IMG/VR virus record: IMGVR_UViG_3300020046_005360
Source: a virus
Taxonomy: Duplodnaviria; Caudoviricetes
DNA: 64,000 nt
Strand: one strand, 5' to 3'
The position numbers were made by a program, and so were the translations under genes. This document shows positions 28,116-37,400 of the stretch, piece by piece. The notes under the pieces were generated by a model, which saw only the letters and a program-made list of their open reading frames with translations, ran no database searches and was not told the origin of the DNA. Every line of letters begins with the position of its first letter. Position 1 is the first letter of the stretch.

Positions 28116-29036
28116 TAAACCTTTTAAAATTAGATTTATATTACTGAATTCAATATATGCTATTCTAATTAATCCTATATTATTATCTTTACAGAATTGG
28201 TTTTTAATTTGATCTAATCTTATTTGTTTATCTAGAGCTTTTTGACCTCCAAAAAATTTAACAGGGATAGTATGTAATTGACCATCATATTCTACACAAA
28301 TGTTTTGTTTAGGGAGATAGAAATCAAATTTTAATTTATGGTTAGTTTCAGGATTAATACATTTATCGAATTTTTTCTGTGTTTCATATTTAATATTATT
28401 CTCTTTTAAGAATAATTCAACACTTTCTTCCCCTTTACTATTATTACATTTAGGACATCTTTGTCCAAATAAATGGTTACTTATTTGTTGTTTAAACCAA
28501 CCATGTTTTGGACATTTTATTCTAAATCCAGGATCATAATATCCTTTATAAGAGTCCCAATCATATTCGAAATCATGACCTAAGTTAAACACTTTTTCTT
28601 TTATATTATCAAGAGTTAAAGAGTTTCGTCCATAAACGGCACACTTAGGACATTCATGTTTTGGATGTATATGATTAGTCCATAGTTGTTTAAAAATTCC
28701 ATGATCTTTACATATTATCGGAACTACAGTATCAGTTTTAAAATCTTTAGTTATTAATGAGTAGTCATATTTAAAATTATGAATTCGATTAGCTTGAGTT
28801 ATTTTTTCTAAATACGTTAACTTATGACCTTTACATTTAGGACATTTAGACTTTTTATTTATATGATTATCTAATGAAACTTCCCAAACCCCATGTTCTT
28901 TGCATATAATGGGATATTTTTTCATTACACCTTCATACTCTTTTATTAAAGAATAATCATATTCACCATGAATTGTATTTGCCTTATTAATAAAATATTC
29001 CAAACCCATTCCTTTTTTTAAAAACTTAGTAGCCAT
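28104..29036 (-). CDS. homing endonuclease, DUF723-like Zn-ribbon repeats plus Vsr/DUF559-like nuclease
   Basis: Three IICKxHG...CPKC repeats; SKGE, FDFYLP, VEYDGQLH, LIRI. Confidence 0.85.
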   Translation of the reverse strand: MATKFLKKGMGLEYFINKANTIHGEYDYSLIKEYEGVMKKYPIICKEHGVWEVSLDNHINKKSKCPKCKGHKLTYLEKITQANRIHNFKYDYSLITKDFKTDTVVPIICKDHGIFKQLWTNHIHPKHECPKCAVYGRNSLTLDNIKEKVFNLGHDFEYDWDSYKGYYDPGFRIKCPKHGWFKQQISNHLFGQRCPKCNNSKGEESVELFLKENNIKYETQKKFDKCINPETNHKLKFDFYLPKQNICVEYDGQLHTIPVKFFGGQKALDKQIRLDQIKNQFCKDNNIGLIRIAYIEFSNINLILKGLLDS

Positions 29037-29078
29037 AAATCCTATTTAATTGTGTGGCTATAAATATACGAAAAAGAA

Positions 29079-30941
29079 TTAAGTATTCAAATATTTTTCA
29101 TCAATTACTTCATTAGCATATTTAATAGTTTGTACAAGCATACGTTGTCCTGTACAAGTTATAGCAGAAGATAAGACCTTATAACCATCAGTAAAACGCC
29201 AACTATTGATGGCGAAGGCACCGTATACTGCGTTTAATAATACTTTATTTACTAATTGCTTACGATCATATAAATTTCCTAAATCTTCATTTCCATTTTT
29301 ATAAGCTTCTTCCATTTGTCTTTTAAACTCTTTCCTCATTCGGAACCAATCTGTAAGTACATCAGCTACAATACTTCTTTCATCAGTTCGGAAACAAACT
29401 CCGTTAGCAGATATAGTCCATTTCTTACTTTCTATAGTTTGAATAAGTTTTTCTACAGTAACTTTATTAGTTGAAAATTTATAAGTTTCTTTATTTAGAA
29501 TTTCGAATTCTAATTCAAGTTTAGGATCTTTATTTTTTAAATCTTCTAGCCCCCACCAAATATTTCGTGTTGGATTGTCTATAACAATTCTACCTACTAA
29601 GGTTTCGATTCCCAGATTAAGACTACGAATAATAGATGGATATAAACTCGCATAGTCATAGTCACTTAACCAGCGGTAGACACCGGGACATGGGTCGAGG
29701 AGGAAGCCTCCAGCATATCCTTCTTTTTTCTTAACTGTTTTTAGTTCGCGCGTCTTTAGTTCATTAGAAGCGGTTTTAACCACAACAAAATCACCATCAA
29801 TAGAATGTATTTCTCCCTCAATTGTTGATGTACCTCGCTGATGTACAACCAAGTCACCTTCGTTAAGTTCTTTAATTTCTTTGTTTACTGTAGTAGGTTT
29901 ATTATGAACAACTATTTTCTTACGTTTAAGGTAAGTAAGAATAGCTCCTTCATTTAATACAGTATTAAAATAAATAGATTCATAAGGGGTATGACATAAA
30001 TGGGAAATCAAAACTGTTAATTGTACGAATTGTAAATTTTCTTCCAATTTTTCCAATATCTCAACATCTCGAATATTATATTCGATATACTTTTCAGGAT
30101 CTTTAGCTAATAATTCGTCTAGATTACCAGAGTATTCAATTTTTCCTAATTTAGCATATTTTATCCCAATATTATTTAATGTATATGAAGGTTCTTCACG
30201 TGTGATATATTTCTTTAGAAGACGCATGAAATCCAAACTTGATATACCACCAATTGTTATTGGTTTATCAGGCATAGCTGGGTTATTAATTACCTTTTTA
30301 ATTGGGGATAATAAATTTGCTGTTTCTTCACCAAATATTTTAAGTATTCTGCAGTAAAGATATGGTATATCGAAGAAATCTGAATTATATCCTATCAGTA
30401 TGGTAGGGTCAATTTCTTTCCACATTTTCAAGAATTTATTAATCATATCCCTTTCAGAATAACACGTAATAACTGTGTTTATTCCGATTGTTTTATTTTC
30501 TAATTTACCTGCTGTATCTACAATCCAACATATTCTTTTCTTTTCTTTACCTTCAAAATAGGTTAAAGCAAGTGATGTTAATTCTGCAGGAGCTGCTTGT
30601 ATGTAACTAGGAGTTAATGAACCTAATAATTGGATCTCAATATCCAGGTAAACTATATTATGGAATGTAGGTTGTGAATCATCTTTGTAATAGAAATCTC
30701 TAAGTACTGCTACTTCTTTTGTGATATCCTTTTCTAAAATTTGATTATCAAACCAATCATACTTTCCTTCAACTTTAGAAACTTTTTTCCCGAATAGTGT
30801 TGTGTACTCACCTTCTTCATCTAATTGATAAACAGGGGGAGTGTATTTAAAACGTTTCCAACCCTGTTCATCGTCTTTCAAATAGGTATAACCACGATCT
30901 GGATTACCCTTTCTTCTCTCTTGATATATTGATAAATAGAT
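29079..30941 (-). CDS. DNA polymerase B, N-terminal subunit (3'-5' exonuclease, motifs A and B)
   Basis: YLDIEI, GYNSDFFDIPY, YNIRD, DYASLYPS, KVLLNAVYG; frame is open 20 codons upstream of the TTG called at 30881. Confidence 0.9.
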   Translation of the reverse strand: MYLSIYQERRKGNPDRGYTYLKDDEQGWKRFKYTPPVYQLDEEGEYTTLFGKKVSKVEGKYDWFDNQILEKDITKEVAVLRDFYYKDDSQPTFHNIVYLDIEIQLLGSLTPSYIQAAPAELTSLALTYFEGKEKKRICWIVDTAGKLENKTIGINTVITCYSERDMINKFLKMWKEIDPTILIGYNSDFFDIPYLYCRILKIFGEETANLLSPIKKVINNPAMPDKPITIGGISSLDFMRLLKKYITREEPSYTLNNIGIKYAKLGKIEYSGNLDELLAKDPEKYIEYNIRDVEILEKLEENLQFVQLTVLISHLCHTPYESIYFNTVLNEGAILTYLKRKKIVVHNKPTTVNKEIKELNEGDLVVHQRGTSTIEGEIHSIDGDFVVVKTASNELKTRELKTVKKKEGYAGGFLLDPCPGVYRWLSDYDYASLYPSIIRSLNLGIETLVGRIVIDNPTRNIWWGLEDLKNKDPKLELEFEILNKETYKFSTNKVTVEKLIQTIESKKWTISANGVCFRTDERSIVADVLTDWFRMRKEFKRQMEEAYKNGNEDLGNLYDRKQLVNKVLLNAVYGAFAINSWRFTDGYKVLSSAITCTGQRMLVQTIKYANEVIDEKYLNT

Positions 30942-30959
30942 AATATTAAATTTTAGTAG

Positions 30960-31148
30960 TTAATATATAATATATATTTTAGGATATCTCATTAAACAAC
31001 TTATACTTTTGGGAAATTTAATATGATATGGATTTTTCTTGAATAATTTCCAACCTAAATTATTAAGTTTATTTACATAATATTCCTCTTGTTTTATGGA
31101 TTTAATTTCTATTGGAAATTGGATATCGTTTGGATTATTTATTTTCAT
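30960..31148 (-). CDS. small protein, MKINNPN family
   Basis: MKINNPNDIQFPIEI. Confidence 0.65.
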   Translation of the reverse strand: MKINNPNDIQFPIEIKSIKQEEYYVNKLNNLGWKLFKKNPYHIKFPKSISCLMRYPKIYIIY

Positions 31149-31302
31149 CGTAAACTATTTTAATGTATTAATTATACCAATCCCAAAATATTTATTATTA
31201 TAATTTTTAAATTTTTTAAAATAGTATGGGAAATCATCATTTGTATCCCCTCCTCTTAATTCCCAACCTATAGAAGTTAAATATCTCATAACTTTTATTT
31301 TT

Positions 31303-31344
31303 GTAAATATACGAAAGACAATCTAGGTCTCCTAAGAGACCTAA
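31303..31344 (-). promoter_or_regulatory. terminator-like hairpin plus early/middle promoter
   Basis: TAGGTCTC/GAGACCTA inverted repeat upstream of TTCGTATATTTAC. Confidence 0.6.
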
Positions 31345-31346
31345 TA

Positions 31347-31850
31347 TTATTTATTTTTACAACTTTCAATTTCTTCTGGTGTGAAAAATTGTTTTAAATT
31401 TGGTTTAAAATATGACAAAGATTTTTGGACTTTTTTATCTTTAGTACGATATACAACCCAATGATTATCTACTTTTTCATAATGACATGGAACTCCTAAT
31501 ATGTTTTCTCTATCTTTAACAGTATCTATAGCTTCTAATTCAGATAAACACAATTTAGACATATTAGACGCTTGTATTTCCTTATATACGTCTTGTATTT
31601 TATCTTTCATCCCATGCAACATAATACCATTACATAAAACATACATAATATCTCCAAGAGCATCTGCTACTCCTATTAAATCATTATTCTCACAAGCTTC
31701 TTTATACTCGTCTAATTCTTCTTTAATAAAATCATAAACAAATTCCCACTCCCATTTTTCTTTAGGAATATTTGGTTCATAATAATTAGGCTTATTCATA
31801 GCCTTATTGAAGGTTTCTACTTCATCAACGAACGGAACATTTTTATTCAT
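31347..31850 (-). CDS. MazG/PRA-PH-like nucleoside triphosphate pyrophosphohydrolase
   Basis: IKEELDEY...VADALGDIMYV...SNMSK. Confidence 0.85.
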   Translation of the reverse strand: MNKNVPFVDEVETFNKAMNKPNYYEPNIPKEKWEWEFVYDFIKEELDEYKEACENNDLIGVADALGDIMYVLCNGIMLHGMKDKIQDVYKEIQASNMSKLCLSELEAIDTVKDRENILGVPCHYEKVDNHWVVYRTKDKKVQKSLSYFKPNLKQFFTPEEIESCKNK

Positions 31851-31866
31851 ATTAAATATTTTGTTA

Positions 31867-32079
31867 TTATTTTAATTCATCTATTAATTCCAAAATTTTC
31901 TTTTGAATTTTTTCTGCATCTTCATACTCCCAACCTAATTCAAATAAAGGCATATCAAATTCCTCTTCTTCCTTTCCTTCTTCCTTTACTCTTTTAGTTA
32001 TCCAATGACACTTTAGTAAAGATTTTAATGTTGCAATTTGTTCTTCAATCTCTTGGTTTTGTTCTCTTTTAGATTCCAT
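31867..32079 (-). CDS. hypothetical protein
   Basis: 70 aa ORF. Confidence 0.6.
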   Translation of the reverse strand: MESKREQNQEIEEQIATLKSLLKCHWITKRVKEEGKEEEEFDMPLFELGWEYEDAEKIQKKILELIDELK

Positions 32080-32211
32080 TTTATATTTGATTATTTATTA
32101 ATTTCTTCCCACTCTTCAATCCAACAACGCACTGTTTCAGTTCCTACTTCAAAATCAGACATACATTCTAATTCTCTTAATTTTATTCTTATAAATTCTG
32201 ATAATTCCATA

Positions 32212-32712
32212 TTAAAATATTGATGTATTAAGGGTTAAAATAGGTAATTTTTTACCTCTTGATTCTAGTAAATATACAGATTCTTGAAATATTTTTTCTA
32301 ACCCCTGATTAAAACCCATAACTGAATTTAAATTCTTCCCTGGTTCCTCTTTTTCATAGAAAAAAGATATAGTTTCTTTACTACATTCGGTTTTAATTAC
32401 CATATCAGGTAAGTGATATCCATTTTTAGCCATTCTCCTTAGTAATCTGAATCCAAGAATACCTTCTACTATAATATGATAACCAGAGTAGTAATACTCA
32501 TTCACATCTCGTTCTAATATATTTAATGCTTCATCTTGATCATACATTCTAATATAATCATCTGATATAAATAAAGTTCTATCGTCTAATTGTTTAGATA
32601 ACTCTTTTGCTATAGTAACCTTTCCACTTTTTGTAGCTCCGATCACAAATATTAAAGTAAGTGGTCTGCAATAATCAACAATTTTTGATGTTATAAGTGA
32701 TTTAGGATCCAT
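32212..32712 (-). CDS. P-loop kinase-like protein
   Basis: IGATKSGKVTIA Walker A-like; IIVEG. Confidence 0.7.
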   Translation of the reverse strand: MDPKSLITSKIVDYCRPLTLIFVIGATKSGKVTIAKELSKQLDDRTLFISDDYIRMYDQDEALNILERDVNEYYYSGYHIIVEGILGFRLLRRMAKNGYHLPDMVIKTECSKETISFFYEKEEPGKNLNSVMGFNQGLEKIFQESVYLLESRGKKLPILTLNTSIF

Positions 32713-33070
32713 ATTTACTAATTATACCTAACTGGAAATATTCTTTAAAATCATTAAAATTAGGATTATGATTTGTTATAAAAATTCTGTCACCTATTTT
32801 ATAATCATATGTAGTTCCTTGTCTAGTAAACACTAAATTGTTATTAATTATATACAAACCTTCCGTGAAATCAGCGATATTCTGCTCGACTAAAGGAGGT
32901 TGTTGGGGTGTGGTGTTATAAGGAATTAATGCATTTAAAGCGTCTCTCCTGCGACCGCAGCCACAGTCTTCAATACCTAATATATCAGCAGTTTTTTCTA
33001 CCAGAGTCGAAACTCCGGTAGCTTTAAAAACTTTTTCTAATGTGTCTCCTAATCCAACAGATTCTGCCAT
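32702..33070 (-). CDS. hypothetical protein (GLGD...CGC motif)
   Basis: GLGDTLEKVFKATGV...DCGCGRRRDALN. Confidence 0.7.
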   Translation of the reverse strand: MAESVGLGDTLEKVFKATGVSTLVEKTADILGIEDCGCGRRRDALNALIPYNTTPQQPPLVEQNIADFTEGLYIINNNLVFTRQGTTYDYKIGDRIFITNHNPNFNDFKEYFQLGIISKYGS

Positions 33071-33681
33071 TCTATTTTATTTTTCTTTATTTCACGATTT
33101 ATCTTACTACAAAGAGGTTGTGTGTTATTATATTTTAACAATTTTAATAACTCTTCCTCATTTTTCGCGCTACTCATAGGTATTATATGGTCAATATCCC
33201 AACCATAATTAAATTCTCCATTATATTTGCCATAATTTTCCCAATTCATCCATTCTAAAAATTGAGATTCTATATATTCTTTATAAAATGTAATAGAACA
33301 ATTTAAAACATCAATAGTTTTGGATTTTCTTTCAAAACCCAAATTATTAATACTATTTCTTATTTGTATTCCAGAAGTTGTTTTTAATCTAAAAAGAGGA
33401 TCAGTATCATATTTATTTTTACGATATATCTTTTCTTTTTGTTTTAAATCATCTTTATTATCTTTATACCATTGTTTATGATATTCAGTTCTATCATTTT
33501 CTTCTTTATATGTTTTAGAATAAGATAGAATCTTATCTCTATTTTTAATATAATATAAAGAAGTATTTTCTTTTACACAGGACTTACAATGAATACTCAA
33601 ACCATCTTCTCTAGCTCTATTTTTATTGAATTCATTTAAAGGTTGGATTTTCTTACATTTAGTACATATTTTAGTTTCCAT
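33049..33681 (-). CDS. HNH-family homing endonuclease
   Basis: True start METKICTKC at 33681; WDIDHIIP...NTQPLC. Confidence 0.85.
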   Translation of the reverse strand: METKICTKCKKIQPLNEFNKNRAREDGLSIHCKSCVKENTSLYYIKNRDKILSYSKTYKEENDRTEYHKQWYKDNKDDLKQKEKIYRKNKYDTDPLFRLKTTSGIQIRNSINNLGFERKSKTIDVLNCSITFYKEYIESQFLEWMNWENYGKYNGEFNYGWDIDHIIPMSSAKNEEELLKLLKYNNTQPLCSKINREIKKNKIEWQNLLD

Positions 33682-33780
33682 AATACAAAAGGAGAAATTA
33701 AGAGTTGTATCTGGTCCATACAAATTCCTAAAATCTCCTTAAAAATATTTTTATTAAGCAGGACCAGTGCTTATTTACGG
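33682..33780 (-). ncRNA. structured 5' leader RNA with kissing loops (copy 2)
   Basis: UAAGCA[CUGGUCC]UGCUUA and UUGUAU[GGACCAG]AUACAA; AAGGAGA/UCUCCUU stem; covaries with 6876-6975. Confidence 0.7.
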
Positions 33781-33829
33781 ATATAAATATTGAAGAGAAC
33801 AAGAAATATCAATAAACCTTTTGATTCCA

Positions 33830-34672
33830 TTATACTCCTCTTAAATCATCAAATGCTATAATGTGTGCTCTTCCAGTAAAATTATACCCACGCTCAGCAC
33901 ATTGTTCCATACAGTAAGTATAATTTGGAATAACAGCTTTTTTAGTATCACCTGCAGGCATAACCCATGTTTTATTTTTAGGAATGTCATGAATTAGTCT
34001 AAATTCCTCAATTTTCTCCCAAATACCTTCATCATTTTGATCAACAACAGGTTTAAAATGATAATCTTTATGATAAGACATCATAGAAGCCATGGCTTCA
34101 TGATTCATTCTGAATTTATTATGTTGTTTAATAAACTTTTCATCAACAATTTTATCAGAATTAATAATAGGGATACCTAATTTTGGGATTGAATTTTCAA
34201 ATTTAGGTGATAATGAAATTAAATCAATAGGATATTTAGTTTTAATGAAATGTGAACCTTCTGTTTCAATAGTAACAAATCCATCACACAACATATACTC
34301 CCCACTTTCATTCCATATAGTACCAGCTTGACCTGAATCAGGGAATCTAAGTTTTTTGGAATGCATTTCTTTAAACATAGTAACTAATTCGTCTACTAAT
34401 TCTGGATGCATTGTAGGTGAACCTCCGCTTACCATTAAATGATTTATATCAGGACGAGACTCAAACAATTCTTTAATTGCTTGTAATGACCATGATCCTT
34501 TTTCTGGTGTAATTGAACTATACCAGCTGTCGCACCATCCACCCTCACCAAACCAACATCTATGTGTACATCCTGTTGTTCTAACTAGGAAATGTGGATA
34601 TCCTGCTCTAGAACCCTCAGTTTGGATACAAGTGTATGCTTCTATAATTGGTTGTATTTTACTATAATCCAT
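33830..34672 (-). CDS. queE: 7-carboxy-7-deazaguanine synthase (radical SAM)
   Basis: IQTEG...G...VRTTGCTHRC...WCDS, SGGSP, TIETEG, LSPK. Confidence 0.85.
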   Translation of the reverse strand: MDYSKIQPIIEAYTCIQTEGSRAGYPHFLVRTTGCTHRCWFGEGGWCDSWYSSITPEKGSWSLQAIKELFESRPDINHLMVSGGSPTMHPELVDELVTMFKEMHSKKLRFPDSGQAGTIWNESGEYMLCDGFVTIETEGSHFIKTKYPIDLISLSPKFENSIPKLGIPIINSDKIVDEKFIKQHNKFRMNHEAMASMMSYHKDYHFKPVVDQNDEGIWEKIEEFRLIHDIPKNKTWVMPAGDTKKAVIPNYTYCMEQCAERGYNFTGRAHIIAFDDLRGV

Positions 34673-34673
34673 A

Positions 34674-35366
34674 TTACTTAATTAAATGTAAAACTTCTTG
34701 TTTAGCTGTTTTTTCATGATTTGCAAACACACCTGATACCATAGGTGTTACCATACCAGCTCCTTGATGTTTTACTCCTCTACAAGATACACACTGATGC
34801 GATGCTTCAATAACTACCATTACTCCAATATTATCAATAATTTTATCAATAGCATTGTGTATGGCAACTGTTAGTTGTTCTTGAATTGCTCCTCTTCTAC
34901 CAAAATGTTCAACTACTCTGTTAAGTTTTGATAATCCAACTACTTTTCCACCTTTTTTAGGAATATAAGCAATATGTACTACTCCTTTAATAGTTTCGTG
35001 GTGGTGAGAACATACTGAAGTTAATGGAATATTTTTCTCTAAAACTATACCTTCATATCCATCTGAAGGGAATGTAGTTATTTCTCCATCACCAAAAATT
35101 AATTCGTATCTTCCTTTCCATATATCATTAATATATTTTTTAGCAATCCTTTTTGGAGTGTCGGCAGAATTGGGGTCGTTTTTGTAATCTACACCTAAGG
35201 CAGTAAGAAAATTACCATAATGAATAGTTGCTTCGTCAATAATTTTTTGTTTTTCCTCTTGATTAAGAGAACGATGTTCTGTTTTTAATACTTCTGCTAA
35301 TTGGGTTGAAATACCGTTAGCACATCCCGATTTAGCCAATTCAAAACCCTCAATTTTTTGTTTCAT
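34674..35366 (-). CDS. folE: GTP cyclohydrolase I
   Basis: TPKRIAK, SVCSHH, GLSKLNR, IQEQLT, HQCVSCRG. Confidence 0.95.
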   Translation of the reverse strand: MKQKIEGFELAKSGCANGISTQLAEVLKTEHRSLNQEEKQKIIDEATIHYGNFLTALGVDYKNDPNSADTPKRIAKKYINDIWKGRYELIFGDGEITTFPSDGYEGIVLEKNIPLTSVCSHHHETIKGVVHIAYIPKKGGKVVGLSKLNRVVEHFGRRGAIQEQLTVAIHNAIDKIIDNIGVMVVIEASHQCVSCRGVKHQGAGMVTPMVSGVFANHEKTAKQEVLHLIK

Positions 35367-35385
35367 TTCTTTTCGTTATTATATA

Positions 35386-35709
35386 TTATTTTTGTTTTTC
35401 TTTTAAAGTACAGTTTAACAAATCTGTATAATTTCTTAAATCGATTAATGTATCTGCTACACTTTCATTTTTAGCTACTTTTCCACTAAATAGTAAGTTA
35501 CATAAACGTTGGATTTTAAGTACTATATAAAACATATGAATTCCTTCTATTGTTTTAGTATCTATTTCCAATATTTTTATAAGGGCTTCCATCTGTTTGA
35601 AGTTTTTTAAAACATCTTCACCAGCATAATCATAACCTTTACTTTTGAGGAGTTCAATTCCTTTAGAATTAATTTCCTCAATAAATTTTAATTGTTCTTC
35701 TTGTTTCAT
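35386..35709 (-). CDS. nucleotide-modification-associated protein (DUF1599-like)
   Basis: KGYDYAGEDVLKNF...KIQRL...ESVADTLIDLRNY. Confidence 0.65.
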   Translation of the reverse strand: MKQEEQLKFIEEINSKGIELLKSKGYDYAGEDVLKNFKQMEALIKILEIDTKTIEGIHMFYIVLKIQRLCNLLFSGKVAKNESVADTLIDLRNYTDLLNCTLKEKQK

Positions 35710-35713
35710 AATA

Positions 35714-36781
35714 TTAATTTGATAAGGGGAAATCTATTCTTGGATGTGGGTTATAATCTTTGATAACTACATCTTGTGAATCTCCCGTTAATTGACAATA
35801 CATTCCATCTTGTAGTTGAATTGTTGGTAATGGTCTTGATTCTCTTGTAAGTTGTTCTTTAACACCTTCTATTTGGTTTAAATAAATATGAACATCTCCT
35901 AGATTACCAATTAATTCATCAGGAACCATATTTACTTCTTGTGCTAACATTTCAAGTAGAGTACCATATGAAGCTATATTAAAAGGTAGTCCAAGTGGAG
36001 TATCGACTGAACGTTGATTCCACATTAATGAGATAGCTCGTTTAGGAATATTATATTTATCCATTAATTCTTCATATTTTATCCAAAATGAAGAAACTTC
36101 TTCTGATTCAGGTAGAATTTCTTTATTCTTCCAAACCTTTTGAATTAATTTAATTCTTTCTTTCTGTTCTAATTCTTTAGTGTAAACTTGGAAAAAATTA
36201 TGACAAGGAGGTAAAGTCATTTGATCTATTTCTCCTACATTCCAAGCACTAACTATCATTCGTCTTGAATCAGGGTTATTTACTAGGTCGTCTAGGATAT
36301 TTTGAATTTGATCTATAACAATTTCACCAAATTCATTGTTTCTCCCATTATGTCCTACTACAACAGATTTACCAGTTCTCCAACTCTTCCATTGTTTTCC
36401 ATAAATAGGACCTAAATCCCAAATTGATTCATGGAAATGTGAACCTCCTTCTAAACCAAATTTAACCATTTCTTCCAAAGAATATGGAGTAGAACAAGAT
36501 TTGTAATATTTTTTATACCAATCTCCATCCCATATGTGGTTGTTGGATTTCCACAACACTCTTATATCAGAACTACCGGCTAAGAACCAAGCTAATTCAG
36601 ATTTAACTTGAGAAAATGCTACTCTTTTTGTAGTTAAAAGTGGAAAACCATCCGACATTTTATGTCGGATTTGTCTTCCAAATACACTGATAGTTCCAGT
36701 ACCTGTTCTATCTACTTTTTTAGTTCCATTATCTAGAATATCTTGAAGTAGGTCTAGGTATTGTTTATCTAAATTATTCAT
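35714..36781 (-). CDS. thyA: thymidylate synthase
   Basis: DRTGTGT, FPLLTTK, LGPIYG, LPPCH, QRSVD, PFNIASY, GDVHIY. Confidence 0.95.
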   Translation of the reverse strand: MNNLDKQYLDLLQDILDNGTKKVDRTGTGTISVFGRQIRHKMSDGFPLLTTKRVAFSQVKSELAWFLAGSSDIRVLWKSNNHIWDGDWYKKYYKSCSTPYSLEEMVKFGLEGGSHFHESIWDLGPIYGKQWKSWRTGKSVVVGHNGRNNEFGEIVIDQIQNILDDLVNNPDSRRMIVSAWNVGEIDQMTLPPCHNFFQVYTKELEQKERIKLIQKVWKNKEILPESEEVSSFWIKYEELMDKYNIPKRAISLMWNQRSVDTPLGLPFNIASYGTLLEMLAQEVNMVPDELIGNLGDVHIYLNQIEGVKEQLTRESRPLPTIQLQDGMYCQLTGDSQDVVIKDYNPHPRIDFPLSN

Positions 36782-37400
36782 AAAAATAATAGGGGTTTTC
36801 TTTTGTTTTAAATATTTTTAATGGGTTCAATTCCATTGTCTTAAAATTCATTAGAGATATTTGATTTGGTATTGTAGGATATGAGTTTTGAAATTTTGTA
36901 CTAGATATATTAAAATTATTATCTATAAACATTGGAGATATTTCATTTCGAAATAAAATTAATTCTTTATCATAATATCCAAGACAACTGAATGTTCCAT
37001 CTACATCACCTAAATCATTTCCATAATAAACAAATTCATTTAATAATGCAGTATCCCAATTATTTTTATTAAATAGTTTTTCTTGCATAGTATTTATATA
37101 ATCTTCTTTTATAATACCATTATGCCATAAATAACTCTCTAAATATTGGGATGGGTGAATACTATCTTTATTTTTTATACTTGTAGTAGGAGCTTGGGTA
37201 TGAGCTATGTAATAATTTTTAGGTGTTAATTTGTCTAATAAACCATAATTGAATTCTCCAAAATCTCTATCAATTATTTCTAATTTATTACTAGAAATAT
37301 CATATTCTGATAAGCTATATGAATGGTTTCCTCTATAAGAATTTAATTCAATTAATTCTTTGAGTTTCATTTTATCGAAACTTCCTACGATTGAACACAT
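36774..37400 (-). CDS. class II glutamine amidotransferase (Ntn hydrolase, Gat)
   Basis: True start MCSIVGSF (Cys2) at 37400, TAATG-coupled to queC; NSYRG, AHTQAPT, LWHNGII, DT. Confidence 0.8.
   Translation of the reverse strand: MCSIVGSFDKMKLKELIELNSYRGNHSYSLSEYDISSNKLEIIDRDFGEFNYGLLDKLTPKNYYIAHTQAPTTSIKNKDSIHPSQYLESYLWHNGIIKEDYINTMQEKLFNKNNWDTALLNEFVYYGNDLGDVDGTFSCLGYYDKELILFRNEISPMFIDNNFNISSTKFQNSYPTIPNQISLMNFKTMELNPLKIFKTKENPYYFYE

Noticed and set aside
25879-29078. Group I intron or split intein joining the polB halves
   Set aside because: The interval is filled with ORFs, leaving no room for a ribozyme core. Neither half shows intein termini (no Cys/Ser-initiated N-intein, no His-Asn C-intein).
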